A DNA stretch of 64,000 nt. It comes from Macrostomum lignano (taxonomy: Eukaryota). The notes under the pieces were generated by a model. The model saw nothing but the letters and a program-made list of their open reading frames with translations. It had not been told where the DNA came from and did not search any database. Shown in pieces: positions 14,272 to 26,200 of the stretch. The translations under genes were made by a program, and so were the position numbers. Position 1 is the first letter of the stretch. Every line of letters begins with the position of its first letter. The stretch is from contig NIVC01001022.1 in the NCBI GenBank assembly GCA_002269645.1, forward strand, positions 186,001 through 250,000, read 5' to 3'.

Positions 14272-14765
14272 ATAGTAGATCTAGCGCCCTCTCTCTACAT
14301 TATAACAGGTCTAGCGCCCACTCTCTACATTATAATAGATTTGGCGCCATCTACATTATAACAGGTCTAGCGCCCTCCCTACATTATAACAGATCTAGCG
14401 CCCTTTCCTACAGTATAATAGATCTAGCGCTTTCCCTACACTATAGTAGATCTAGTTCCCTCCCTACATTATAATAGATCTAGCGCCCTCCCTACATTAT
14501 AATAGATCTAGTTCCCTCCCTACATTATAATAGATCTAGCGCCTTCCTTACATTATAACAGATCTAGCGCCCCCCTACACTATATTAGATCTAGCGCCCT
14601 CCCTACATTATAATAGATCTAGCGCCCTCCCTACATTATAATAGATCTAGTTCCCTCCCTACACTATAATAGATCTAGCGCCCTCTCTACACTCTAATAG
14701 ATCTAGCACCCTTCCTACATTATAATAGATTTAGTTCCTTCCCTACATTATAGTGGATCTAGCGC
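14272..14765. repeat. 28-bp minisatellite, ~17 copies (TAGATCTAGCGCCCTCCCTACATTATAA)
   Basis: Read directly; in the intron of module B. Confidence 0.93.
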
Positions 14766-16450
14766 CATCCTCACACCTTTCAAACCAGATCAAGTGTCGC
14801 GCTCCGAGAACACCTAGAACGAACTTAAATTAAAATTGAGCCAATATATAAAAGAACATCAAGTTGAACTTTCTAAATGCACGTGATTCCAAATTAAGCC
14901 ACAGCTAAAGTCAGTTCACAGCACAAAAACCTTCATGCCAAAAAGCTAAGTGAACTTTTAGTTTAATATATCTGGACAGAACAGCGTCATCCATTGAGCA
15001 ACGCTAAATCTCTCTTTTTCAGTCCAAGCCTTTTAGCGTGCCACTCTAATTGAAGTGCTTCGCTTAAACAATACATTTTATTCTCATTTTTAACTGACGC
15101 GTCCCCAGTTCATTGTTTGTTCATCACTTCAACTCTGGATTCCACTCCGAAATTTCCACTGTTTCCTAATCTGATTTCTCTAAGAGTGCCTGCTGAAGGG
15201 AGGGACAAAAATAGACGGTTTGAGTAAGTAATGGAAATTCGATGTAACAAAATGGGAAGATATCGGATGGGGAACTTTACTAGTTGTGCTTGATGAAGCG
15301 GGGTGGATGATTTTGATACAGAGCTTCCCAGCGACTTTCTATTTTTCAAGTAAACGCGTGTCAGTCACTTTGAAGACTTCCCTTTCAATTTGCTTCACCC
15401 TGAGCTGCTTCAATTGTATGGCTTCTGAAAAAGATTGGGCTGCGAAAATTTCTAGCAAAACTGAACTAGCTATAAGCTACTTACAGTAGGCGGCTTGCAA
15501 AGTTTTTTTTATTAATTTGGAACTAATTAATATCGAGCGTACATTTATATATCAAGGAGTACTCAAGTAGGACGGGAAAGTACGTTTCTTATAAAATGTT
15601 TATGAGGCTGGTTTTGGCCGAAAACTGGTTATGGGTCTGCCTCCTATCGAAAGCAATAACAATTTTTGTGCTGAAAAAATGAAAACTTCCTATCTCGGTA
15701 GTGTATTTTTCGGCCAAAACCAGCCTCGTAAACATTTTATAAGAAACGTAGTATCCAGTCCTACAAGGGGGGCCGTAGCCCAGCGGTCTAGCGCAGGCTC
15801 TGGTGTGCCAGCGACCCAGGCTCGATTCCAAGTGCAGTCACATTAATTTGGGGCTGAATTGGAATCTCGGCTTGGCTCTGCTCGTGCAATTAACGGCCTT
15901 GAGAGGCAACCCCCCAAGGCGCAGTGAAGTGTACATGCCTAACGATAAAATAAAGTTAGGGCCGCTGTACACTCCTGTGTGAGTGTGTGCCTGCGTACGT
16001 ATCCGCGCGCTTGTATGCCTGCTCAGGGGAGTCGGCGGATTGGGCAGCAATGCCTCTCGCCGGTTGTGTGCCAATGTCACTTAAAGTGCGTCAGGGTGCA
16101 CACAACCCCCATGCCTCTAATAAAAAAATCCAGTCCTACATTTACTTAAGTAGTCCTTGGTATATAGACAAGTAGAAGGATGCTGTATGTCTTTTGTGCG
16201 AGTGTGTAGAGTCGCAACCTTACCCCTGTCATCTTTATAGTTCATCTGCCCTCGTCTCTGTTTAATCTGCTTTCTTTCCCTTTCTGTCCAGTTCAGTCTT
16301 GTTATTTTTCTCTCTCTTTCGCTGTCTTCTGATTGGCTATTCAATCTCGCCTCCTCGAGCTCTCTATGGCCAAAACTCTGTTAACCGTTTAGGGCTATTA
16401 ACTGGTCGGGAATTTCAGAAGCTTGTTTTTTGTTTATAAAAATGCAAATA

Positions 16451-16803
16451 ATAGTCTATGTTAGACGGTGTAGTCTATGGTAGACGGTATAGTCTATGGT
16501 AGACGGTATAGTCTATGGTAGACGGTATAGTCTATGGTAGACGGCATAGTCTATGGTAGACGGTATAGTCTATGGTAGACGGTATAGTCTATGGTAGACG
16601 GTATAGTCTATGGTAGACGGTATAGTCTATGGTAGACGGTATAGTCTATGGTAGACGGCATAGTCTATGGTAGACGACATAGTCTATGGTAGACAGCATA
16701 GTCTATGGTAGACGGTATAGTCTATGGTAGACGGCATAGTCTATGGTAGACGACATAGTCTATGGTAGACAGCATAGTCTATGGTAGACGGTATAGTCTA
16801 TGG
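16451..16803. repeat. 19-bp minisatellite, ~18 copies (GTCTATGGTAGACGGTATA)
   Basis: Read directly. Confidence 0.95.
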
Positions 16804-17015
16804 TCTATTGTCTATATGGATATATACACGTATAAATTGTATAAATAGATATACATAAAAATCCAGTTGCCAGAAGCTTGCTTGGATTTAAAGCAATCTT
16901 TAACTCTTGCTTTTTGGGCAATCACTGTTTGCTTCTTCGATTTACTGTAAAATACTATTAAAATGTTTCTTTCCTACTACAAGTAATAACAACTTTCTTT
17001 CGCAAAAAATTGCAG

Positions 17016-17359
17016 AGTGAAATGGAACAAAGCGGTGGTGAGCATCGGCTCAGTGGAATCAGTTTTTCGCGACACAACCAAAATACAATACATTAACAAT
17101 ATTTTTGTTCGAGTGAGCTTCGATGGCGCGGAATTGATGGAATCTATTCTAAGAATGATATTTCTTAGAAATGGTTGGCAAAGGTTTTTCGGCTTGTTCA
17201 GTTTGAATTACGGCTACGCTAACGAAGGCTGCAACTTGCACATAATGGATTTGAATCGGATGCGCAAGGAGCTGGGCATTGAGGCCGAGTTCTTGAGCGT
17301 CAGCAGGCTTGATGAGCTGCCGATGGCGTTTCGTAGAAAGATCGCTGCCCAGTACTCCG
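17016..17359 (+). CDS. Receptor guanylyl cyclase variable module B, exon 2
   Basis: Acceptor TTGCAG|A is phase-2 compatible with B exon 1 (QFSG-VKWNKAVVSIGS, matching the family xxWNxPVITxG segment). Contains LRNGW and EGC. Ends TAC TCC G|GTGAG (phase 1). Confidence 0.8.
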
Positions 17360-20300
17360 GTGAGGTGTCCAGGCTGTAATCTTGCAGCTGAATAAAATAT
17401 TCTTATGTGGAGAAAATTTTTATTTTTTTTTTATAATATTTATGTAATAAAAAATCTAACAACAAATTAAGTAATATATAAAATTCACTAGTATAGTAAT
17501 AAAAGTAGTTATTGACGTTATTTACTAATAAAGCTAGCTTATTTAATCAAAAAAGGAGTTTCCAGCATTTTTCCGGATTCATATCATCTCGACAAAAATA
17601 AAGATTTTTTGACTGAGAAATATGGGAAAATATCGATTTTTACCTTGATACGAGCTATATAGTAATTCTGGAAGAGAAATATTTTTTGAAGGAAATATTC
17701 GTTTCAATAGTCAGTCAAAGAACTAGATATTTTAAGGTACATGCCGATTTCTAAAATGCATAGTTTTTATTCTTTTTACATTCAGTTTTCGCTACTAGAA
17801 TCCCTTTTACTTCAGTAGTATAGTAGAAATCTATTCGCAAAATACGCTTTCCATTAAGAAGTTAACCCTCTAATTACAGGTAACTCAAACAGAAAACTAA
17901 TCGATTTAGGAAAATGGAGCGCTGTGTACTCAAGCCTTTGCTTAATTAAACGGTCACGTTTCTAAGTTTCTGTAAACTAGCAGGGGTGCGTAGGACTTGG
18001 TTGAATCGGATGCAAATTAGAGACGAAAATTTGATCAAGCGGAGATAAAAAACAGATAAACCTTAGCAGGTGTTTCTCCTTAGTTTGCCTAATGAGCTGT
18101 CTAAATGAGTGCGCAGCTGGACGCGAAAGACTTTGGAGTAGGCGGTGTGTTCATAGTTTGTTTGCCCGTTTGAGAAGTCCGACAATTTTAACCCGCTCTG
18201 AAGTTGCTTTGTATTTGCATTATACTGGTTGATAAACTAGTTATTGATTGCTTGATTATCGCCATCATTTCCAACATTATCTGACATTATAAACATTATA
18301 GACTTGTACGAGGCGTAGTAACTGTCAATAACAAATTACCTAAGACTCGTTCACAACGCTATCTCAAATAAGGCCAGATTTCGTGTGATCACACATCTTG
18401 TACATCAAAGATTCCTTTGTAAATCGGTTTGGTGTCTGGCTCATTTGATCGCAGTGTGAATCAGCCTTAACGAATTTCGTCCACTCGTCTGCACTTCGTC
18501 TACCCCCCCCCCTCTGCCTCTGTCTGTACATCATGTGGATGTGGCTAAACTTATTCTCTCTTGTCTAGGCCTTGCCTTACTCTGATTGGCTGTCATGAAA
18601 TCTTTCCATCTATTCTCTCTTCCAGTCTTCAACATTCTGACTCAGCCCAAAAGCAACCCTAGAAAAAAAAATTTAAATAATTTTTCGAGCCTTCCTATTT
18701 TGGCTGTTTAGACAGATTTCCAACGCCCCGATACACGCAAGCGAGGGAAAGTCTTGAGAGACTTGAGAGAAAAACACAGGCTGCTCGACTCTCGAGCCTG
18801 GAAAGTCTTCAAGCTGTCAATAAAACTGATCGAAGCCGTCGAGTTCAGTCTTCGCCCTCAGCATCCTCCGTCTTCGCTTCCGCTCTCTGAGCTCCTCTGC
18901 AGCTGACTCTCTTCATTCTTTTCTCCACATGGAGTCAGTTGAAGGCGTGGACTTCTAGATACACCATCTGGACTGATATCCCCTGAATAAGAGTCAATAC
19001 AATCGTAGATAATGACAGAGGTTTTAGATTCACCCCGATAAATGTATATTTTTAAAACCGCCTTTGTATACGAGTATAATTTAGGGAATGTACAGTTAAA
19101 AAACGTTCCCTTAAACTCTGATCGAGATAGCTTCCAGTCCAGAGAGCTAGATTGTAGATCTATAGAAGTCCTTGACTCCAGATAGAGAATGAAACTCACC
19201 CAGACTGCCTTGTGTGTGAGAGAGTGAGGCTCAACGCCAGCTGCCTACACAAGTGTGAGATGAGATGTGATGCAGAGGTCCCGTGAAACTATTTGAAGCC
19301 TGTGGCGTCAGGCTGTCTGCTTTTGTCCACATCTGCTTGCAAGTGCCAGTCAGTCAGTCCGTCAGGCTGTCAGTCTGTTATTGTCACATTCGATGCTATC
19401 TTCACAGTCACATAATGGTGGCGTGCAGCTGCATTCATTCGCCTGCGGATTATCTAAAAGAGCAACTTGAGATCTTGCAAGTTCGCATCAAGATCTGGCC
19501 CGTACGTGGCTTATGAACTGTTCTTTCTCTTTTTGACGCAAAAATCTTTCTTAGATTTGTTTATTCTTAATGGATTTTTAAATCGTACAGACTCCTCGAA
19601 ATATGGTTCGTTTGCGTCATACTTTGAGAATATATTAGAATATATATACTCCTTATATAGGCCTCTAGGGAACTGGAGATTGGAGGATTTGATATTCTCA
19701 TATTTCATGATAGGTCTGCCGCTTTTATTGACAATTCTCTTATCTTCAACCGGAATCATATAAAAAATATGCATATATATTTGTGCTTGCCATAGCTGCT
19801 TATTCTATACTATAAAGTACTGGCATATGTATATTCTGCAGAGGAAATCCATAGGCAGTTTTAGATCTACGCAAAATATCGGCTAAGGTAACCAATGTCC
19901 CAGATGTTTTACTTAACACTTCACAAATCAACCCAGAGGATTTCTAAAGCTCAGCTTTTGTACAGATCCACGTAACCAATAAAATGAAGCGATCGTGTCT
20001 GCGTGGTTTTCAATAGATTTCCTTTGTACAAGCGTATCATCACATTAGTATAAGCATGCACAACCCTTGTCGCAGAGAAAGCCGCGGAATTTCCACGGGC
20101 CCCAATCGAGATCGTCTGTAACAGTATACCGAGGGGAGGGGGCTTGCTGAAAACTCCACGAGTCTGTATAAAACTTTTGACACGTTTTCTGCTTCCAAAA
20201 GATGCAGCTATGGAATGAAAGTGTCCTGACGTCCCTGACTTGTGCCCATTAGTATTCGCTCTCAGTTCGTACATGAAATAGCCTAGGTACAATACAGCTT

Positions 20301-20634
20301 GCTGTGTGACATTACTACGACAGTATACGTACTATTTGTTGCACGTTGGATTATTTATCACTTACGGGTCTAAAAAGGTTTTTTCCAAGATTCCCCTCTG
20401 TCCCCATTTTCCCTTCCTTCTAACCGATACAGCAGCAGCTGCTGCAGCAGCGGCCAATCAGATTCTTCCATAGCTGTCTATAGCTGGGATCTTTCCGATC
20501 GTCACTCGCCATTCAATATATGAAGGCCCACTCGCCACCCTAGCCTACTTTCTTTGCGCTGCTCAGTAGACGGTATCCCCCTTAGTCAGGTTATCGAAGG
20601 CTACTGACAGACGATTTAGCAGGAAAAAGTCGCA

Positions 20635-20935
20635 ATGACGTCGAAAATTTCGTTGCTAATCGTATTTCTGGCTGCTGTTCAATCGAGCCAGGCCCAAGCG
20701 GATGGCAAAAAGACACTTAAAATAGCCATCTTTCTTCCCGCACAACTGCACGGAGTGTCCGGAATCAGTTTGGAAGCTGTTCAACCTGTTGTCGACGTGG
20801 CTTTGAAGTCGTCCGGCTTAGATAAAATGCTGCCTGGTGTGCAAATTCAAATTATTTCTAACGACAGTCAGTGCGACTATCGGTACGCGCCCGTGATTGG
20901 ACTGCTCCTACTCAAAGATATCGATCTGTTGCTAG
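20635..20935 (+). CDS. Receptor guanylyl cyclase variable module C, exon 1 (signal peptide + ANF domain start)
   Basis: MTSKISLLIVFLAAVQSSQA signal, KIAIFLP, NDSQCD, DLLLG. Donor CTA G|GTGAGT (phase 1). Confidence 0.85.
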
Positions 20936-21308
20936 GTGAGTACACGAGGCGTATTGATTTGATGTCTGGCTTTTATGCTGCTAGCTGTTGCTTTGGGTGG
21001 ACTTGTGTTCCACTGGCATATACTCGTACTCAATGGGTCTACTACGTTTGCCAGCCGACATTTGCCAGCGGGACGTTTGCCAGCTCAGTTTTGGTTACAT
21101 CGGTTGCTTTGGCACCTGTTACTAAAACCTACCTAAAATATCAAGAAGACGAAGTGCGCTCTAGTGAGCAGTAGTTTCTTAGTAACCAGTATATTTAGTA
21201 GCAGTAGTAGGGAGCGAGGTGGCATTAGATTGGTGCTATGTCCGCAGTTTTCAAATGCAAGTACATTTAGGCCTAGATAGGGCATAATTATTTAACCAAT
21301 TACCGCCT

Positions 21309-21380
21309 GCAAACGTCCCGCTGGGCAAGCGTCGGCTGGCAAACGTCCCGCTGGGCAAACGTCGGCTGGCAAACGTCGCT
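21309..21380. repeat. Short alternating 16/14-bp tandem repeat (GCAAACGTCCCGCTGG / GCAAACGTCGGCTG)
   Basis: About 5 units read directly; in the intron of module C. Confidence 0.8.
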
Positions 21381-21531
21381 ATCCCGTACTTAATTGACTC
21401 GTGTACCTCTCTGCCCAACATAAGGGTGTCAAGTTATTTCCTATCTACGAAACGCTTCTACCGTTCTGAGGTCATTTTTGTCATGGTGGTTGGCATTGTA
21501 AAGTACTTTCAACAATTATTTTAAATTCCAG

Positions 21532-21954
21532 GTCCATTCTGTACGTTCTGTCTCGCGGCGGTGGCTCGCTACAACCGGTACTACCTGTATCAAAAACCAA
21601 TTATCACCTCTGGCGCAGCGGCTAACCTAGAAGACAAAGAGGAATATTATAACTTGATTCGAGTAGGCCCTATGAACTTCGACATTGAGAACATGCTGCT
21701 AGCCATTTTTCAGCGATACAACTGGTTGCCAAGGCAGCAGCAGAATCTACTAATAATCTACGTGCCAGATGACGAGACTCAACTTCACAAGCAGAGAGAC
21801 GAGACGAGAGTGACGTTCAGCAGGCTGTTGCGCACTACGATCGAGAACCGGTTCAGCCACCAGCACAGATACATACTGAGAGTCAAGCCCTACAGTGCCA
21901 CCAATAAGCACTTTCAAAGCGAAGTATTTCGCTGCATGAGAGAGGAAGTTAGGC
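21532..21954 (+). CDS. Receptor guanylyl cyclase variable module C, exon 2
   Basis: Acceptor TTCCAG|GT gives GPFC...PIITSGA...LIRVGP...FQRYNW, all ANF-domain motifs. Donor AGG C|GTAGGT (phase 1) gives EEVR-L-VVLC on joining the shared exon. Confidence 0.85.
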
Positions 21955-22288
21955 GTAGGTCAATGTCCCTTTTTTATTTGGAGCTTTCATAACGTCTTTC
22001 CGATGTGGTGGCTTTTCAATGAGCTTAGGGCAAGGCGACGCACAATACTCTTCCTGGGGCCGACTTTTCACCCTTAAGTACACCCATCAGACTATAGTTA
22101 CTGAGACTATAGCACCAGCTTATAGCTCTACCCACTAGAGTCTCCGTTGAATGCAAGGCTTGCAAACTATGAGGAACTCACTTCTCTCTCTATCCTTCTC
22201 AATACTTCGATCTGATCTCACTTTCTTTTATAGCATGCGTCTATAGTCTCAAGTGATCTCTAAAATATGGCTAAGATCGTGAGTATAT

Positions 22289-22344
22289 TCTCTCCTCTCC
22301 TCTCCTCTCCTCCTCTCCTGTCCTCTCCTCTCCTCTCCTCTCCT
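22289..22344. repeat. (CTCTC)n pyrimidine tract
   Basis: Read directly. Confidence 0.9.
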
Positions 22345-23135
22345 CTCCTCTCCTCTCTTCTCCTGCTAGAATGATAATGCCATTACTCTGTCACCCCAAG
22401 TTGGAAATGACATTTTGGGCCTTTCGAATTCATTCAATGAGTGCTAAGGGGGCAGCTTTCTCTACCGTCAGTAACGAGCATTAAGGCAAAAGTTCCCATT
22501 ATATGAGATTTTCTGATCCCAAAAAATATCTCGCTAAAAATTGAAAAGCAGGAAATCTGACATCCCTTCGAGGCGTAGTGTCACTTCCGATCTTGCTCTA
22601 TTTTCAATTTGCCTCGTCGCCAAAAGAGGCGACCAACACTGATATGATTTGTTTATCGGCGCCTTATTTTAGCGCTGATTCAATTTCAACAACGAGCGGT
22701 TACTAGACAAGTTTTTACAAGCTTAAGGTATTCATCAAGTATGCCATAGTAAAATGAATCGCAAAAGTGATTTAAAGAGTTTATCTACATGTAGAAATCA
22801 TCTTTCTTATCCTAATCAGAGGTAGAATTTTTTGCCATTTTTTACATTTTGATAATTAATTGGCAATCAAATTGAAAAAATATCTGTCGCATGGAAATCC
22901 TCAGGAAAATCAAACCCCTTCGCTTTTCATTAATTTTAATTGCATTTTATTGTAAATCGCACAATGCCACCCCAACGACACGGTCAGTGCACTCACGAGG
23001 GTGGGGATTGAGGCTGAATCCTCATATAGTAGAACTAAGGATTAAGAGGCATTTCTTCAACCCTACTGGATTAGAATTGATTAGAACAAATTTTATTGCC
23101 TATACACACTGATTTTTCTATCCTTTTTATTTCAG

Positions 23136-23247
23136 TTGTCGTACTCTGCGCCGACCCGGACACTGTCCGAGAGATCATGATCAAGGCTCACGAGCTGGGC
23201 TTCATCAACGGGGAGTACGTCTTCTTCAATATTGACCTGTTCAGCAG
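23136..23247 (+). CDS. NPR1-like: Receptor guanylyl cyclase, first shared (constant) exon: VVLCADPDTVREIMIKAHELGFINGEYVFFNIDLFS
   Basis: Polypyrimidine acceptor TTTTTATTTCAG|TT (phase 1) and donor AG|GTGAG (phase 2). The peptide is a well-conserved invertebrate NPR-type segment. It is absent from the ORF track because it lacks a start codon. Confidence 0.92.
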
Positions 23248-26200
23248 GTGAGAAAAGTGACAAGACTATATGGAATTCTTTAATCATCAGCGTCTCAATC
23301 AACCATGCGAGTCTCCTTGAAATCACTGATCCCTTCATCTCAGCAGTTCATTTTTTTAGTGATCTCATTAACGGGTGCGCATTCGAGTATATAACTGTAC
23401 ATTCTTTATAATCAATCTTTACTGAAGTAAAAAGCTGGAGCATAAAAAGTACTGGATTCGTGATAGCAGACGTTTTAAAACCAACCATAGCAATAACAGC
23501 TTCCCCATTTGATACTATATAAATGAGCTACTCATCACGGAATTGGGCCTCATTTGTGCAGCGCGACCTCCCTGATGCATAAAAAAAGTAAATTCTACTC
23601 TCGCGCATCCCAGAGCTTTCACTGCAGTCTCTCTGATTTCTGAGGATTTTGCCACGCCCCTTCTACAGAGCTGAGCTTTCAGTAGGGTGGCCTGTAGCTC
23701 TACCAAGGACCTCAATTTTCCGACAAGTAGGTGGAAAATGTCGTCCCAATTTGCGACTTGACTCCTTGATGAGTGGGCGTACCCATCGAATACTGTCGAA
23801 TACTAGTTGCTACTGGCTGCTTGATTGAGCAATAAATTTCAGGACAAGTGAAATGCCCTCAATGAGAGCGATTTAGTTTAGCAAAAGTAAGCTGCAAAAT
23901 GAGGCCTCAAGAGATCTCTTAAAGTTGGACTGCAAAAGCTTTATTACAGTGAGTTGCCCAAATTTTTTTCACGCGATCTGCACACTTCAATCCTGTATCA
24001 TTTATCAAATTGGCCAACCAGAGGTTAGCATTAAATTTCATAATAGTAAAAGTACAAAATACGAGCAGCATATTAAGGTAGAATTTCTATACCTTTTCTA
24101 CGTTCAACTTAGTACTTAAAATGGAAAGACAGGTTGAATACTTCAAATTGACAGTTGATACTAAAGGCCTGTCGCATGTTCAAATGGAGTTCCATAATGG
24201 AGTTCTGCACGAGAAAGTGAGGAAAGTGGCTGGTCATACTCTTATATGGCAATGTCAATAGCCTATCGATCCCTTTTCCCACTAGGTCAAAGGCCACGAG
24301 GCTAAGGGCTCACTTTTACCTGATTTTTTGATTGAAACTTTCGGCGAAAAATGCCTGCGTTGCGGGAGAATAAGACTGGTGACTGGTGCGTACAAAATGA
24401 TTAAGTAATTTAGACTGGGCTAAATGGCCACTTTACAGTGCTGAAGGAAGTTTTAATGGAGAAAGCGAATTGAGTCTTTTCAAAAAAGTAAAAAACAAAT
24501 TTTTTCCAAAGACCCCTGACAGCCGTTTAATTGTCAAATTTCGAATCTTCGATGGTTGTTCCAAAACATCAAGTTGCTTGATGTCCAAAACATCAATTTG
24601 GAGCGGCTCTGATACAGATTTTAGCGCCTCTCTGGCACAGACTTAAACCTTTGCTACTGTTGACCTTCAAAACCACAAAGCATTAGCCAACAGCTAGTTG
24701 TACTCTCCTGAGCTAGTTCTGCAGAAGCCCAATGTCTTAAGCTCAGAGTCACCAGCCTTACAATACAGTCTTTGCATTTATTATTGAATTTACGTTTTCG
24801 CAGACGTCGGGCTCTCAATCGGCAAGAAAGTTGACTCCGCTGAAGGTTCCTCCCTAGGGTCGTTCTCAAATTCTGGGAGGAGCGAAAATTTTAACAATTT
24901 TCGGAACATTTACTATTGTTACTGCCGTATTGAAAATAATAGGACACTTTCATCTGTGAATAAAGATAATTTTTGGGTTGAAATTTATGTTGCAAAAGTG
25001 TTTTAAGTTGTCTTGCGGTATTAGGCGATATTAGGTGATGAAAAAATTCAAATTCAATCACTTCACCGATGTCCTAATTTTTGACACTATGATGTCTGTA
25101 GCTAAAAAAAGTTGTTGTTGTGTTGAAAACTTGCTATATTACATTTAAAATGAAAGCTTATATAAATTTAATTCAAGATTTTTTTTAAAGCTTAATAAAC
25201 TGCACTATAAATGATTTTATAGACGCTTAACTGTGCGCCTAGCATTTCCGGTGGGATAGCCTCTTTGCGTCTCACAAAATGTATTTTTCAGCTGACGTCT
25301 AGAATGTGCGCTTAAAATGATACATTTTGATGCAGATAATTAGAAAAACATGTCTTATTATCTTTTTGTAAAAAATTGTTATGAAATAGAGCACTATTGT
25401 TGATAAAAATAATTAAAAGCAACCATGCATCGCAATAAACTCCTACTTTGAAGCACAAAATACATATCCTGTAACCACACTAGCATTCTCCATGGAGCAC
25501 CTTTTGAGCTGAAATTTTACACAGATATCCAGTAAAGTAAACTGAGCAAATGATTTTTTTTGTTTTTGAAAATACTTAAATTTGGCTATGTATCAGTTAG
25601 TTCATTGGACATATTTATTATATTTTTATTAGAATCCTTGTAACCAAGCTACAGAGAAACATGTGCAAAACTGGACCTTGAAATTTGACCTGAATGATCA
25701 GCAAATGTGTATCTCGAAATGATTTTTTTTGTTTTCATCAAGTCATTCTATGCTAATTTTTTCTGAAGGGAAAGATACCATGTATTTAGAGTCAATAGGG
25801 GAAGCATTTAGACTTATTCAATAGTCATTAAAATTGCAACTATATTATTATAATATAGTAATAATATTATACATGTATTATATAGTAATATTAACTTCTA
25901 AGATGCCCTTATAAATTTAAGTAAAGACAACAGGCCTTAATTAATTAATCAGCATTTTGAAGAAACTGACCTTATACAGATGGGCCCCAAGCTAAGAAAT
26001 GAATGTAGAGCTTATTTCGTGTAAGGTATAAAAATCAATTTATTATAATATTAAATACTCCTAATAAATTGGTTAAATTAGTTATTTACCTTGAATTAAT
26101 TTAATTTAATAATTAAATATATAAATTTGTTTCACTTCTTACTGCATTTAAATAGAGTACCTCTCTACTATACTATAGAAGTATAGTAAAAGTATATGGT

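Noticed and set aside
18740-19516. GC-richer stretch with CCAAT at ~18585 as a possible fourth variable module or antisense gene
   Set aside because: No signal peptide or ANF motifs in any listed ORF, and no coherent exon chain.
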